The translations under genes and the position numbers were made by a program. This document shows positions 34,760 through 54,809 of a DNA stretch of 64,000 bases, in pieces. The stretch comes from Microbotryum violaceum. Taxonomy: Eukaryota. How positions within the stretch are numbered: position 1 is the stretch's first letter; each line of letters opens with the position of its first letter. Location: NCBI GenBank assembly GCA_001244265.2, contig LN717261.1, positions 2,619,591 through 2,683,590 on the forward strand, given 5' to 3'. The notes under the pieces were generated by a model. The model ran no database searches, was not told the origin of the DNA, and saw nothing but the letters and a program-made list of their open reading frames with translations.

Positions 34760-35399
34760 CCTTCAACACTTCCCCTTAGACCTTTGCCACGGGCTACTTT
34801 CACAACAGTGTATACTAAATATCTTGCTTTCATATTACAGGTCTGCCTTCGTTGCTCATGGACCGGCTCGCGATTTGAGATTGACTCGACGGTGACTCGC
34901 GCTCTTTGGCTTCGGGGTTCTGAGTCAAGGGAGGGATCAGCAGACACAGGCAGAAAGTCGGCTTTGAGGGGCCAGGGACTGCTGAGGTGGAGGTTTTGAG
35001 GGGCCTCCACCGCGTCTTGCTGTAACTGAGCATAGACTTGGGGCTTCGTGGGTCAGGGTAGTTGCGCAGTCGCTCTCTTGTCTTTGTCTCGACCGAGTTG
35101 GGAAGTGACGGCGGGGTGGGTCTCTTGTCGTTAGTCAATTAGTTTTGTACTCTTTCTCTTTCTCTCTCTCTCTTCTTCTCTCTCTCATCTTCTCTCTCTC
35201 ATTCGTCTCCTGGGGGGAGCAACCGCTTGGCTCGGGCACTTGAATCCCAAGTATCGGATTGGTGGACACCGGCCCGTTTCTCGCATCTTGCGGGCGGTTT
35301 GTGTTATCATCGTCGACTTCCATCTAGTTTTTTTCCGTAGGCCAAATAGGGGGAACATGAATTGGGGGCAATATGATGAACAGTTTCTAAAAATAAAAA
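34760..35399 (+). mobile_element. 5'-truncated LINE copy (3' UTR only), related to the adjacent full-length element
   Basis: Diverged collinear match to about 42410-43033; ends in an A-rich tail (TAAAAATAAAAA). Confidence 0.8.
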
Positions 35400-35406
35400 T
35401 CTACAC

Positions 35407-35510
<104 letters not shown>

Positions 35511-35568
35511 CGAAATCGCGCCACCCGCCACCTTTGAAGCTACAAGTGATACATCAGCCTACATTAGC

Positions 35569-42298
<6,730 letters not shown>

Positions 42299-43289
42299 TG
42301 GGGGACGAGGATGGAGGGTGTTGTGAGGAGGAGGATCATCTTGGAGGAGAGGTTGAAGCTGATGGCGGGAGGAGCTTGGGGGAGGAGAGGGCAGTAGAGG
42401 CGGGGTTCGACTTTCCCCCCACCACCACCACACACACACACCAAATTCTCGTGACATCATTTTCTCCTACGGTACACTAAATAGATCGCTTTCATCTTTC
42501 ATTTGTTACAGGTTCACCGTTGCGGATCATGGACCATCTCGCGATTTGGCGTCGACTCGGTGTGGCTCGCGCTCTTCGGCTTCGGGGTTCTGAGTCAAGG
42601 GAGGGATCAGCGGACACAGGCAGAAAGTCGGCTTTGAGGGGCCAGGGACTGCCGATGGGGGAGGTTTTGAGGGACCTTCACCGCGTCTTGTTGTGACTGA
42701 GCAGAGACTTGGAGCGTCGAGGGTCGTGGTGGTTGCGCAGTCGTGCTCTTGTCTTCGTCTCGACCGAGTGGGAAGTGGCTGTGGGGTGGGCCTTCTGTCG
42801 TTAGTACATTTCTTTTCTTTCTTTTTTTCTCTTCATCTCTCTTTCTCTCTCTCATTAGTCTCTTGGGGGGGAGCAACCGCTTGGCTAGGGCATTTGAATC
42901 CGAATCTCGGATTGGTGGACTTGGCTCGTTTTCTCGCAATTTTGCGGGCGGTTTGTGTTATCATCGTAGTCTTCCATCTAGTTTTTCCGTAGGCCAAAAC
43001 AGGGGGAACAGGAACTGGGGGCAATATGATGAACGTGTTCTACAAAAAAAAAATGGTAGCCATGGCGGGCGGACTGGTGCACGGTCACATTGACTTCTAC
43101 TGGTTGTGTGCCGGTTTTCTTCATCTTGTGTGATGGGAGGAGGTGCGATGGAAGGAAGTGCGATGGGACGAGGTGCGAAGGCTAAGGTGCGAAGGAGGTG
43201 TGAACAGTAGGAGGGAGAGAGATGAAGAAGTCCGCCCGTCAATTTAAACCGGGCTCATAAATTGTCGCGGAAGGTCGCGGAACAACGTG

Positions 43290-43500
43290 GAGTGATGTCG
43301 CCGCTGAGGAATTAGAGGAGTCACCCGGAAATCCATGATCCACTCAGTGAGGTCACAGCCACTGTCGCCGTTGGGGAATCAGCGGATTCACCCGGACAGA
43401 TGATCTGCTCAGTCAGGCCACAGCCACTTTCGCCGTTGGGAAATTAGTCAAGGTGCCACCGTTTCTAGCGCTCCCAGCGGTTAGGAGTCACCCGGACATC
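43290..43500. repeat. Imperfect tandem repeat of about 65 bp (2-3 units) downstream of the Helitron helicase stop
   Basis: Recurrent TCGCCGYTGRGGAATYAG...TCACCCGGA...CTCAGT...CACAGCCAC. Confidence 0.6.
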
Positions 43501-43564
43501 CATGCCTCCCCTGTTAATTGGAATTGGAATTGGCGGAGCTTCAGTTGGAGCTTTGACACAACCT

Positions 43565-46500
43565 TCATTCCATCAACTCAAAAACCACTCTAAGAACTAT
43601 GTTTTCTGTTACATTATCTGCTTCCCCATCCTCAGTAGGGTGAAGCAAAACTTTCACACCGTCCACACTTGTTGTCCGGGACAACGCGACGTACAGTTGG
43701 CCGTGAGAAAAAAGGGGTGTTTCCAGACACACCCCTACCTGCGCAAGTGACTGCCCCTGCGACTTGTTGATGGTCATAGCCATTGCCAGCCGAATAGGAA
43801 ACTGGGTCCGGTGCAGAGTGAACGGAAGACCAGCTGATAATCCTGTTTTCAGCGTGATGCGCGGCAATAAGACGGGCTGCCCAGCATGATCGCCTGTGAG
43901 GATGATTGCCTCGAGGACGCGGGCGTGTAACCGCGTTAACAATAGTCTTGTGCCGTTGCACAGCCCCGCAGCCGGATCCAAGTTCCGGAGGAGCAAAACG
44001 GGACATCCTACTTTGAATTTGCAGCATGCAACGGCATCCCTGCAATGTTGAGACTCTGAAGGTACTCGATCGAGAACAGTGACTCGTCTTCGTCTTTGAC
44101 CGAATCCGCGCTGTAAAACGTTTGAGCTTCGCCCGGTAGCAGGTCGAGCACCATGTCGTTGATCTGATCCACTTCTGAGTTTTTCGGCGCCAGAATTGCT
44201 CGATTGCTGAAGTAGGCAACTTTTTCGTCTGTAGACATGTTGTCCAGCACGAGCACGGGAACAGGGTAAACATGTTTGATCAATCCGGATCTGTTTTTCG
44301 AAGCAGCCGATAGGAGAAGATCGGATGGGAGCGCGATGGTGTCCTCTGTCTTGTTCGCCGAGCCGTCTCCGACTCCTAAGAGCCAATTTGCAAAGCCCTC
44401 TGCCTTTGTCCATTCCGTTTCGGTCATGCGATCTGCAGCGGCTAGAAGACGCATGTTTGTCTGAGCTCGCACTGCAGGCTGTCAGTATAGGGGTTTCAAA
44501 GGCAGGTGAGGAGTCTCCACTTACAGAGAGACGCAGTACTTGGACTGCTCCCCAGAAGTCAGCATTCATGATGCAAGTGTCGACAATCTGTGCAGGGGAT
44601 GCCTTGGGGACAACGGGAAGGCATTGCTTCGGATCACCTGTGAGGTGACAGCAAAGCCGGTCAGTTCTGCCCTGCGCTGTCTTTAGAGGGAATGGAACAC
44701 ACCTGCCAACACGACGGTCACTCCACCAAATCGAGCCGTTGAGGATCGCACATCTTGCAACATCCTGTCCACCAGCTGGAAACATCGACGGTGCTGCATC
44801 GGTGCTTCGTCCCAGACGATCAAGTCGCACATTCGAAAAAGCTCGGCGAGTTCTCCTTGCTTCGGAACGTTGCACGTAGACTCGTCAAGATGTCGATCGA
44901 GATCTTGAACCGTGAGTGTGCTGTTCTGCCTTTTGACAGCAACAGTGCAGCAATACCCGATGATGCAACAGCAAGAGCATATTTTCCCTCGGACCAAATT
45001 TGAGCAAGGATCGTATTTTCCAAGAAAGTTTTTCCTGTCCCTCCTGGAGCATTGATGAAGAAGACCTTTCCGCGGTTGTTCAGGATTGAGTCAAGAACGG
45101 TTTCAACAACAATGCGTTGTTTGGTGTTGCACAACTCAATATTCTTTCTCCAGAGCGCATCCATTTCGTGAAGTTCCGCTGGTGTTGCTGATTCCTCCAG
45201 AATAAGACGTTTTGTTGCAGCTTCGTCATTGAAATGGATTGTTGGCAACGGCAGACCATGGTCTGCTAATGAGGAGTTGAGCCGTTGGAGAATATTGTTG
45301 AGCTGAAGCAGCCCCCAATTAGCGACATACTCGGGCGTGATCATCATCTGTTGCCTTTGGTTTTGGAGGTGGTACTCGACGTCCTGGGTGAGGTTGTCAT
45401 AGTGCCTCGTCTACAACTGCGCCACGTTTGTCACTCCATCATCGGCCGTTAACAGCATGGCAAATAGGTGCCGCAGCTCGTGCCCAGTGCGGAAGATCAC
45501 CGCTTTGGTCAGACATCTGTCGGCTTCAACGTCGTCGCGTAGGAGTCCCCGTTGGACACAGGCTTCCCGGAAGGTTCAAAACTCAACACCGTTGAACGTC
45601 CTCAGGTGCGCAAATGTTGTCGGTGAAGGAATCTTGAGAAGAAGCAGTCTCAGGTAGTACCGCTCGCCGCCTTCAGGACCACAAAAAAAGATTCTTCCGA
45701 TTGTCCGGTTGTCCCTTTTCCGTGGCACCCAAGCTCGATCTTTGCTGTTCCACCTGAATCGGGTTGGCACGTCGGCGTAGAGCAATCCTTGCGCATTGAA
45801 ATCAGGAGGTGTCTTGGCGCACAACTTGATGAAGGCGGTTAACGTCGTTTCTGGTGGCGCTGACAAATCCGGTGCTCCGTGATCTGGGTCGAACCGAACT
45901 TGTTGCGCATTTGGGAGGTGTAGCGCAAGTCTGGCCACTGCGGGATCTCGATCGTGCATCCTGAATCGAAATATCCGGTGAATGGCTTCGGGGGCGCAAA
46001 CATATTGAGCGTCAAGGAAGTTGTTGATTTTGTCTTGAGCTCCGGGTTCGTCGATCGTGAATGAAGTACGGTCGTGGCCCTTGTAAACATACTTGTACAG
46101 GTACTTGATTGCAGCAACGCCGCTTGCGATTTCTACCTTGACATGACAGTTGTACTTGGACGCAAGGAACAGATTTGTTGGAACAACATTTGCATCCGTA
46201 TAAACTTCTTCTTGCGCTGTGCCCGGGAATTTGACATATTGGTGTATGCCGCGACGCCGGTAGTGTGAATAACCACCGTCCTCCCTGGTTGTGCGTGGTT
46301 GGAGTCGCTTAGGAAACCGTTTGGTACATTTTCCATGTTTGTCGTGGCAGGTATGGTTGGCGGGACGATCACATCGCCGGTGTAGCATGGAGTTTGTGAT
46401 GGTCTCAAACAATGCGGGAAATTTGTCGCGGTCCGGTATTTCTGCGGTGACTATCTTGTTGTAGTCATCGTTTGTTTTTTGGTTTGTCTTCTGGGTCCAT

Positions 46501-48977
46501 GATCAAAAGGATGTGGGCGTGAGGCAGTCCGCACTTTTGAAATTCGACAACATAGACATATGCAATGACCTGTGCAAAGAATTGAGGCTCGTGAGCATTC
46601 CATTCATTTATATTTTAAGGATTGACCGCGCCAATGAGATACCTTTCCAAAGACTCTCGGCGCACGACCAACACCTAACACATCCGCAAGAAGTGCTTTC
46701 AATTTTCCGTGAAAGACCCGTGTTACTATGTCGGGACGGTCGGATGCGGTTTGGCCCGGAAGCAACACGTTCACAATTTCCGACCAGGCAGGGTTGCATG
46801 TCATCGTGATGAATATGTCCGGAGCACCAAAAACACGAACAATGACCATAGCATCTTGGTAAAGTTGGATCATTTGGCGTGGTGATCCGGTGTGTGAGGA
46901 CGGTAGAATGACTCTTTGCCAATCTGCGCGGGATCGAGTCCTTCAGCCAGGCTTGCTTGAAGGGACAAATACTCTTTGGCTCTGAGCTTTTTCTGGTTCG
47001 CTCTCATCCAATATAGTCGTTCTTGTTCAGTCATTGCCAAGGCGTCCGCGACAAATTTCTGGAACAACCGCCCCCCTAGGAACAGCGTCGGGTAACTGAT
47101 ATTGTGAGGACGAATATGGAAGTAATATGTGTTGAATTGACTCTGTGTCACATGTTTGGATCCGGCCGTTCCGGTTTGTGGGTTGGCGTTGGTGTTAACT
47201 GTTGTGCGTTGCAATACACCGTTTTCGTTTTGCACACGCCGAGCTGCCTCTGCTGCAATAGCGTTTTGGCTGAGGGGGATTCTGTCGTGGTACCAGTCCT
47301 CGCCATACGGTAACAATAGCGGGTATGTGAGTGCCATGAGTGCAGGGTGACCATTGTGAATGAGCTGAATTCTGCTGCTGTCATTGTTTGGCGGGTGACG
47401 GAACCGAACAACGATCTCTCTTCTTGAAGATCGGTACTCGGTGTCGTCTCCGGGTAGTATGATGGCCACCTCCTCTCCTCCTCTTGCGCTGGCAAGTTGT
47501 ACATTCTCGGGTCTCGATTGCGCGGTGCAAGTAAGCGGAGCTGGTACATGTGAGACGCTTCGCTGTTCATGAACTCTTGTGCCGTCAAGAACAGTTTGAC
47601 GCGACTGCTGTGGAGTCGCAGCATGCCGTCGAGTACAGGAACATAAGCCGAGTCCAGACGTCGAACTTCTTCCGGCGGTCCGTTGAATCTTCGTCGGGCT
47701 TCAATGCGTTCGGTCGGAGCCAAGAATAGAATTTGGGCAAACACGGGGTCGTCTGCTGGGCCTGGGGCCAGCGTACCGATACGGTGAAAGATGGCTCCGC
47801 TAAGATAGAAGGATGGCGGTCCGGAGCCGCTGATGACGCCATGACCTTTGCTCGTGCCGAATGATGCCATAGCAAAGCTTTTGTTGAATGCAAGGATGCG
47901 GTCCCGAAAGATTTTCTCAACTGTTTCACGGATAGTCAGCAAGGCCGTTAGTCTGCTGTACTCATTTTAGCAAATTGAACGAATCGATGTGTACTAACCT
48001 GGGCCTTCGCCAGTCAGGAGCTCGAGCAGCTCGGGCGGGGGTTTTACGATCCCGGGCAATCGAACTTTGCCGTCCGCGCAACAGAGTTTGAACGGTGTGG
48101 CGCCGCCTGGGGTCGGTGATTTTTCGAACTCCCAGTGTAGAGCCAAACAGATCGGACATTGCAATGTCATTGATCCAAGATCGTGTCGGGGAAAAGGCCC
48201 TTCTGGCAACGGTAGCAGCGCTGTTGGGACGGTCTGGCCCGATGGCTCTCTTGCGCGTTGTTGTCGTTGACGCTGCCCCGCAGATTGCTGATCAACGACA
48301 GTAGTGGCTGAAGTGGCAGTTGCTTCCGTACTTGAACCGGCGACGCGAGAAAGGCTTGAAACCGCTTCCATTTGTGGACGAACGAATCTCAAGCCCCGAG
48401 GTGAAGGACTGCGGGCCCGTCGCATTTGCCGGGCCACACTGGGACTGCTGGCTGCCTGTGCAGATCGACTCGACAATCCATTTTGTGCGTCGTCGTGTTG
48501 ATCGATTGGTGGCAGCGTCTGTGCGATTAGAGCAGGAGTCGGGTTGTGCGGAGGGGCGCCTGCTGCCTCGCGAACGGCGCGCTCAGCTCGCTCACGTTGC
48601 CGACGTCTCTGCTGCCCCTGTGCTCTCCGCGAAGGTTGTTCATGAGGAAACGGCACGTGAAAGTTAGCTGACATTTTGGCAGTTGCAGAGGTTGTTGGCG
48701 GCGGCGTCTGGATTAGAGCGGAGGTCGGGTTGAGTGGAGGAGCGGGAAGGCAGGGGGTCCCTGCAACGGCTTCCATGCATGGACCACACATTCAAGTTTT
48801 TTACTGTCATCGCGCGCGAATTCTGGATTGATGCTTTTGGCGAAGCAGCCTTGCGGACGGCGCATCGGCGACCCGTCGGCTGCCCCTGGGGGCTCTGCTC
48901 TCCATGAAGAATGTTATACAGCAGAAGGCCACGGAGCGTCGTGGAGTGAAGCCCAAAGCAGATTGAATGATAGAAGA
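43565..48977 (-). mobile_element. Helitron with Rep/Pif1-helicase gene (spliced, with frameshifts and stops); 3' terminus not found
   Basis: CPICLALHW and CCADG zinc motif, FITMTCNPAW, DRPDIVTRVF, EFQKCGLPHAHIL (HUH), [41 protein letters not shown] and [10 protein letters not shown]. The 5' end TCTTCTATC is at 48977. Confidence 0.92.
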
Positions 48978-49062
48978 CTAGTGCGGTGGCGCGCTTCGCG
49001 CGCCATGACATCACGCCACGTGGTTTGTCTCGTTCTAGAACGTTCTTTGTCTCGACGGCCTA
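48978..49062 (-). mobile_element. Mini-Helitron of about 90 bp; its first 5 nt are probably displaced to 54505-54509
   Basis: Family 5' subterminal sequence, then hairpin GGCGCGCGAAGCGCGCC, then ACCGCA-CTAG|T. Confidence 0.6.
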
Positions 49063-49068
49063 TCCTTA

Positions 49069-50954
49069 TTCTTAAAACTTAAAAGAATAAAAAACGTCGT
49101 CGAGACAAAGAACATTCTAGATCGAGACAAACCACGTGGCGTGACGTCATAGGCAGCTCTCGGTCTAGCGCGTCCCAGTTAGCTAGCGCTGTTTCAGCAT
49201 CGACTCCCTTCGCCGAGTTCCATTTCCCATCCATGCGGCCTGGAGTAGATGCGGCCTGGCACATGACTCTGCTTCCCAGACGACCGGTTTTGCGTGCCTA
49301 CCACATCGTAGTGTAGTCCCTTCAACCATCCAGTTCTGCCACTGCCGAAGAGTCATCTGCAAGCTTTCACGTCCCGTCTCCTGTACAACAATCTTCACGG
49401 AGAGCAGCGGGGCAGCAGAGACGTCGGCAGCTGCTCGCGTTCCTCCTCCTCCGCACAATCCTCCTCTTCCCCTCCCGCTCTAATCGCAGACGTCGCCGCC
49501 AGCAACCTCGAACAATCGCCGAAGCTCAGCGACAACAATGCCTTCGCCAGAAGCAGCAGCACGGAACCGATCAACACGACGTCGCGCAAACTGGTTCGTC
49601 GAGTCAACCTGCACCGGCAGCAGGCAGTCTCAATGACACACGGCAAGTACAACGGGCCCGCACTTCTTCACCTCCAAGCTTGAGATTCGTTCGTCCACGC
49701 TTTGAAGCAGTTCCAGACCTCGGGTAGCGTCAGCCAGTGCGCCAATGCCGCCGTTAGGGGCCCCGCCAGCGTGTCACGGGCCTTCACTCCACGACGTTCC
49801 GCGGCCTTCCACGGCATTCTATGAGTCCGGTTCAAATTGAGGCGCAGGCTTCTCCATCTTTCTCCCTCCTGCTCTTCACACCTTGCCCATCGCACCTCAT
49901 CCCATCGCCACCTCGAGCTCGCGACATCCGAAGCGGTCGTCGTGGAAGCTCTGCAACGAATACGGGATCAAGAAATGGCTGCCGCATGCAACATAGCTAC
50001 GAATTCGAGTAAGTAACTTCATGAACTGTGCTCTTGGTGTGGGATTGTTCAGAAGCTAATGGGTTACTACCAAGCAAAAATTCCCTTCAACACGTCCTCT
50101 TCGAGTGTCAACCCTCGAGTTGTTTCTTCACCGTCAGCTGGTGACATTGCATACGTGAGTCCTCCCTTGACATGGCTGTGCAGTCTTAGATATGACGGAA
50201 AAATTGATACGAGAAACAGACATTGCGACACGAGAAACAGACATTGCGACACGAGAAACAGACATTGCACGTCAGTGAAACAGCGGAAGGATTGACTTCG
50301 TACGGTTGAGGATCCGCCGGGTCATTGGGACACTAAATGTGAGTCTTCACTGACATTGCTACAAATGAACAACAGCAAGAATACTGATAGTTCTAAAGGA
50401 CGAATCACGCAAAAAAAACAGGTTCCGTGAATCGCGGCTCACCATCCGTGGCAGATCCTCAACGGCTCCGTTCGTTGGAGTGACCGTCGTGTTGGCAGGT
50501 ATGTGCCAATCTTTCAAAAGCAAAGCGCAGGGCAGCATGACTAACTAACCGGTTGGACTGTAACATCACAGGAAATCCGAAGTAATGCCTTCCCGCTATT
50601 CCACAGGGGAACCGAAGCAATGCCTTCCCGTTATTCCGAAGTCGCTTGCTTCATGGAATGCTGACTTCTGGGGGGAAGTTGAGGTGCGGCTTGACTTCGT
50701 ACGGTGCAGAATCCGGGTCATGGGAACACTAAATGCAAGTCTTCATTGCCATTGCTACAGATGGAAAACAGCAAGAATACTGATAGCTGCACGACGTCTC
50801 GGAGGTCTGAAGGCCAGCAACAACATTTTCAATGGGAAAGGCCTGAGCGAAAGCGTTCCGGTCCGGTCCCACACAGCTCTTCGCCGAACCCTGCCTCTAC
50901 CGCATCAACATCGACGTCTGTGAGGTGGCGCGCGGAGCGCGCCGCCGAACCTAG
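49069..50954 (+). mobile_element. Non-autonomous Helitron, complete
   Basis: Ends in hairpin GGCGCGCGGAGCGCGCC plus GCCGAAC-CTAG|T. Homologous to 20200-21620. Confidence 0.8.
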
Positions 50955-53900
50955 TAGTATAGTAAAATAAAAAACGTCGCGAGACAAAGAACATTCTAGA
51001 ACGATACAAACCACGTAGACAAACCACGTGGCGTGACGTCATAGCCAGCTCTCGGTCCAGCGCGTCCCAGCTAGCCAGCGCTGTTTCAGACCGCTTCGCC
51101 TACGTTCGCCGAGGTTCCATTGAATAGCACGTGACTCTCTGTGTCCCGAAGCAGACTGTTTTGCGTGTCTCCCACGTCGACGTCAGAGAACGGGAGACAA
51201 ACCACCTGGCGACAGACCGTTCCGTCCACGTTCGCCGAGGTTCCAACGTTCGTTGAGGTTCCATTTCCCATCAAAGCAGCCTGGCACATGACCCTCTGCT
51301 TCGGGCTTCACTCCACGACGTTCCGCGGCCTTCCGCGACATTCTATGAGTCCGGTTTAAACTGAGGCGCCATCTTTCTCCCTCCTGCTCTTCGTACCTCA
51401 TCCCATCGCCACCTCATCCCATCGCCACCTCGAGCTCGGGACATCCGAAGCGGTCGTTGTGGAAGCTCTGCAACGAATACGGGATCAAGAAATGCGTGCC
51501 ACATGCAGCATAGCTATGAATTCGAGTAAGTAACCTCATGAACTGTGCTCTTGGTGTGGGATTGTTCAGAAGCTAACGGATAACTACCAAGCAGAGATTC
51601 CCTTCAACACGTCCTCTTTGAATGTCAACTCTCGAGTTGTTTCTTCACCGTCAGCTGGTGACACTGCATGCGTGAGTTATCCCTTGACTGAGAATCCGGG
51701 TCATCGGCACACCCAAATGTGACTCCCCACTGCCATTGCTACAGATGGACAACAGCAAGAGTACTGATAGTTGTAACGAATCTTGCCAGAAAACAGGCTC
51801 TGGTCACGTGAATTGCGGCTCACCATCCCGTGGCAGATCCTCAACGGCTCGGTTTGGTGGAGTGACCGTCGTGTTGGCAGGTATGTGCCAATCTTTCAAA
51901 AGCAAAGCGCAGGGCAGCATGATTAACTGACCGGTTGGACTGTAACATCACAGGGGATCCGAGGCAACGCCTTCCCGTTATTCTCAAGTCATCGTCTACA
52001 CAAATCGTCGATTTCGTTGATGCTCCGGGAGGGACAGGCAAAACGTTCTTGGAAGAAACGGTCCTTGCTCGGATTCGGTCAGAGGGAACATGCGCTCTTG
52101 CCGTTTCATCATCGGGTATTGCTGCACAGCTACTGCCAAAAGGCAGCACGGCACATTTGCGGTTCAAGATCCCGATCGACATCTTCGACGACTCTAGGTG
52201 CAATGTTCCGAAACAAGGACAGTTCGCCGAGCTTTGGGACGAGACACCGATGCAGCACCGTCGATGTTTCCAGCTGGTTGACAGGATGTTGCAAAATGTG
52301 GGATCGTCAACGACTCGGTTTGGTGGACTGACCGTCGTGTTGGCAGGTGCGTGCCAATCTTTCAGCAGTACAGCACAGGGCAGCATGACTAACTGACCGC
52401 TTGGACTGTAACATCACAGGAAATCCGAAGCAATGCCTTCCTGTTGGAGTGACCGTCGCGATGGTAGGTGTGTGCCAATCATCCAGAAGCAAAGCGCAGG
52501 GCAGCATGACTTACTGACCGGTTCCACTGTAACATCACACAGGATCCGAAGCAATGCCTTCCCGTTATTCCACGCCTCGGTTCGGTGGAGTGACCGTCGT
52601 GTTGGCAGGTGTGTGCCAATCTTTCAGAAGCAAAACGCAGGGCAGCATGACTAACTGACCGGTTGGACTGTAACATCACAGGAAATCCGAAGCGATGCCT
52701 TCCCGTCGGAGTGACCGTCGCGATAGCAGGTGTGTGCCAAACTTTCAGAAGCAAAGCGCAGGGCAGCATGACTTACTGACCGGTTCCACTGTAACATCAC
52801 ACAGGATCCGAAGCAATGCCTTCCCGTTATTCCACGCCTCGGTTCGGTGGAGTGACCGTCGTGTTGGCAGGTGTGTGCCAATCTTTCAGAAGCAAAACGC
52901 AGGGCAGCATGACTAACTGACCGGTTGGACTGTAACATCACAGGAAATCCGAAGCGATGCCTTCCCGTCGGAGTGACCGTCGCGATAGCAGGTGTGTGCC
53001 AAACTTTCAGAAGCAAAGCGCAGGGCAGCATGACTTACTGACCGGTTCCACTGTAACATCACACAGGATCCGAAGCAATGCCTTCCCGTTATTCCACGCC
53101 TCGGTTCGGTGGAGTGACCGTCGTGTTGGCAGGTGTGTGCCAATCTTTCAGAAGCAAAACGCAGGGCAGCATGACTAACTGACCGGTTGAACTGTAACAT
53201 CACAGGAAATCCGAAGCGATGCCTTCCCGTCGGAGTGACCGTCGCGATGGCTGGTATGTGCCAATCTTTCAAAAGCAAAACGCAGGACAGCATAACTAAC
53301 TGACCGGTTCGACTGTAACATCACAGGGGATCCGAGGCAACGCCTTCCCGTTATTCCCAAGTCATCGTCTACACAAATCGTTGATGTCGTTGATGCTCCG
53401 GGAGGGACAGGCAAAATGTTCTTGGAAGAAACGGTCCTTGCTCGGATTCGGTCAGAGGGAACATACGCTCTTGCCGTTTCATCATCGGGTATTGCTGCAC
53501 AGCTACTGCCAAAAGGCAGAACGGCACATTCACGGATCGAGATCCCGATCGCCACCTTCGACGACTACGTGCAATGTTCCGAAACAAGAACAGCTCGCCG
53601 AGCTTTGGGACGAGGCACCGATGCAGCACCGTCGATGTTTCCAGCTGGTGGACAGGATGTTGCAACATGTCCGATCGTCAACGGCTCGGGTTGGTGGACT
53701 GACCGCCGTGTTGGCAGGTGCGTGCCAATCTTTCAGCAGTACAGCACAGGGCAGCATGACTAACTGACCGGTTGGACTGTAACTCCACAGGGGACAAGTT
53801 TTCTCAAGATGCCTTCCCGCAATTTCCAAGTCATCGCCTGCTCAAATCGTCCACGCTTGCATCATGGAATACCGACTTTTGGGGGGAAGTTGAGGTGCTG

Positions 53901-54504
53901 CTTGACTTCCTACGGTTGAAAATCCGGGTCATCGGAACACTAAATGTGAGTCTTCACTGCCATTGCTACAGATGGACAACAGCAAGAATACTGATAGTTG
54001 CACGACGTCTCAGAGATCTGAAGGCCAGCAACGACGAAGGGCTCGAGCGAGTGCGTTCCGGTCCGGTCCCACAGTTCTTCGCCGAACCCTGCCTCTACCG
54101 CATCAACATCGACGTCAACATCAACGAATCATTATACTTCCAGAAGATCCAGGGCATAACAATTGTGGAGACTTAGGGAAAGGCAGCAAGATGATTCTAT
54201 CAATCAATCGCCTCCACCCCAGCCAACGCCCGATGCCAACGCTATCCCGCAGCGACGACCTACCGTCCGGAACCTCCGGGAGCGCGTTCAGTTCGCGCAC
54301 GGCGACATCCCCCCGCCGCACAGTCACCGATTGCACTGCGTCCACTGCCGGGAGCCTACCCTCGACATGACTTAGGTGCAATGGATCTTCTGTCCAGTCC
54401 TGCAAAAATCCCCGAAAACATAGCTGAAGCAGCGTAGAACCGTAGCCATCTGCAATAATGTTTTTCAATGTGAGGTGGCGCGCTCCGCGCGCCGCCGAAC
54501 ATAG
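50955..54504 (+). mobile_element. Non-autonomous Helitron with duplicated helicase fragments and an internal tandem array; first 6 nt probably at 49063-49068
   Basis: DAPGGTGKT...WDExPM fragments at about 52010 and 53390. Ends in hairpin GGCGCGCTCCGCGCGCC plus GCCGAAC-ATAG|T. Confidence 0.8.
52320..53350 (+). repeat. Tandem array with 262-bp period (alternating subunits of about 120 and 142 bp)
   Basis: Near-identical ORFs start at 52433, 52695 and 52957. Each subunit is the helicase intron plus flanking exon ends. Confidence 0.9.
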
Positions 54505-54809
54505 TTAGATATATATAAAAAACGTGGGACGCCCAGAGAGGTGCACCGTGCCAGAGTGTGCGAGGAGGGGGGAGCAATGGTACACCATCCCTCTACCAAG
54601 CTCCCCCCCGGCCCAAAAACAGAAAAGCTGCCTTATCGCGCGTGCGCGCACGAGTTTTTTTGGCTGGCTTAATGGACCTGCCGATCTGCAATTTGTCCAG
54701 TCGGCCACTACGCGCCTCAGGCCGGGTTTTCGGGGTCCTACCGCGTCGTCCTCGTCCTCGTCCTCGTCGCAGCGAGACGGCGCACCCCTCCCCTCTCCTT
54801 CGTGCGGCA

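Noticed and set aside
52320-53350. CRISPR-like array
   Set aside because: Whole units repeat with no unique spacers, the unit derives from the Helitron helicase gene, there are no cas genes, and the DNA is eukaryotic.
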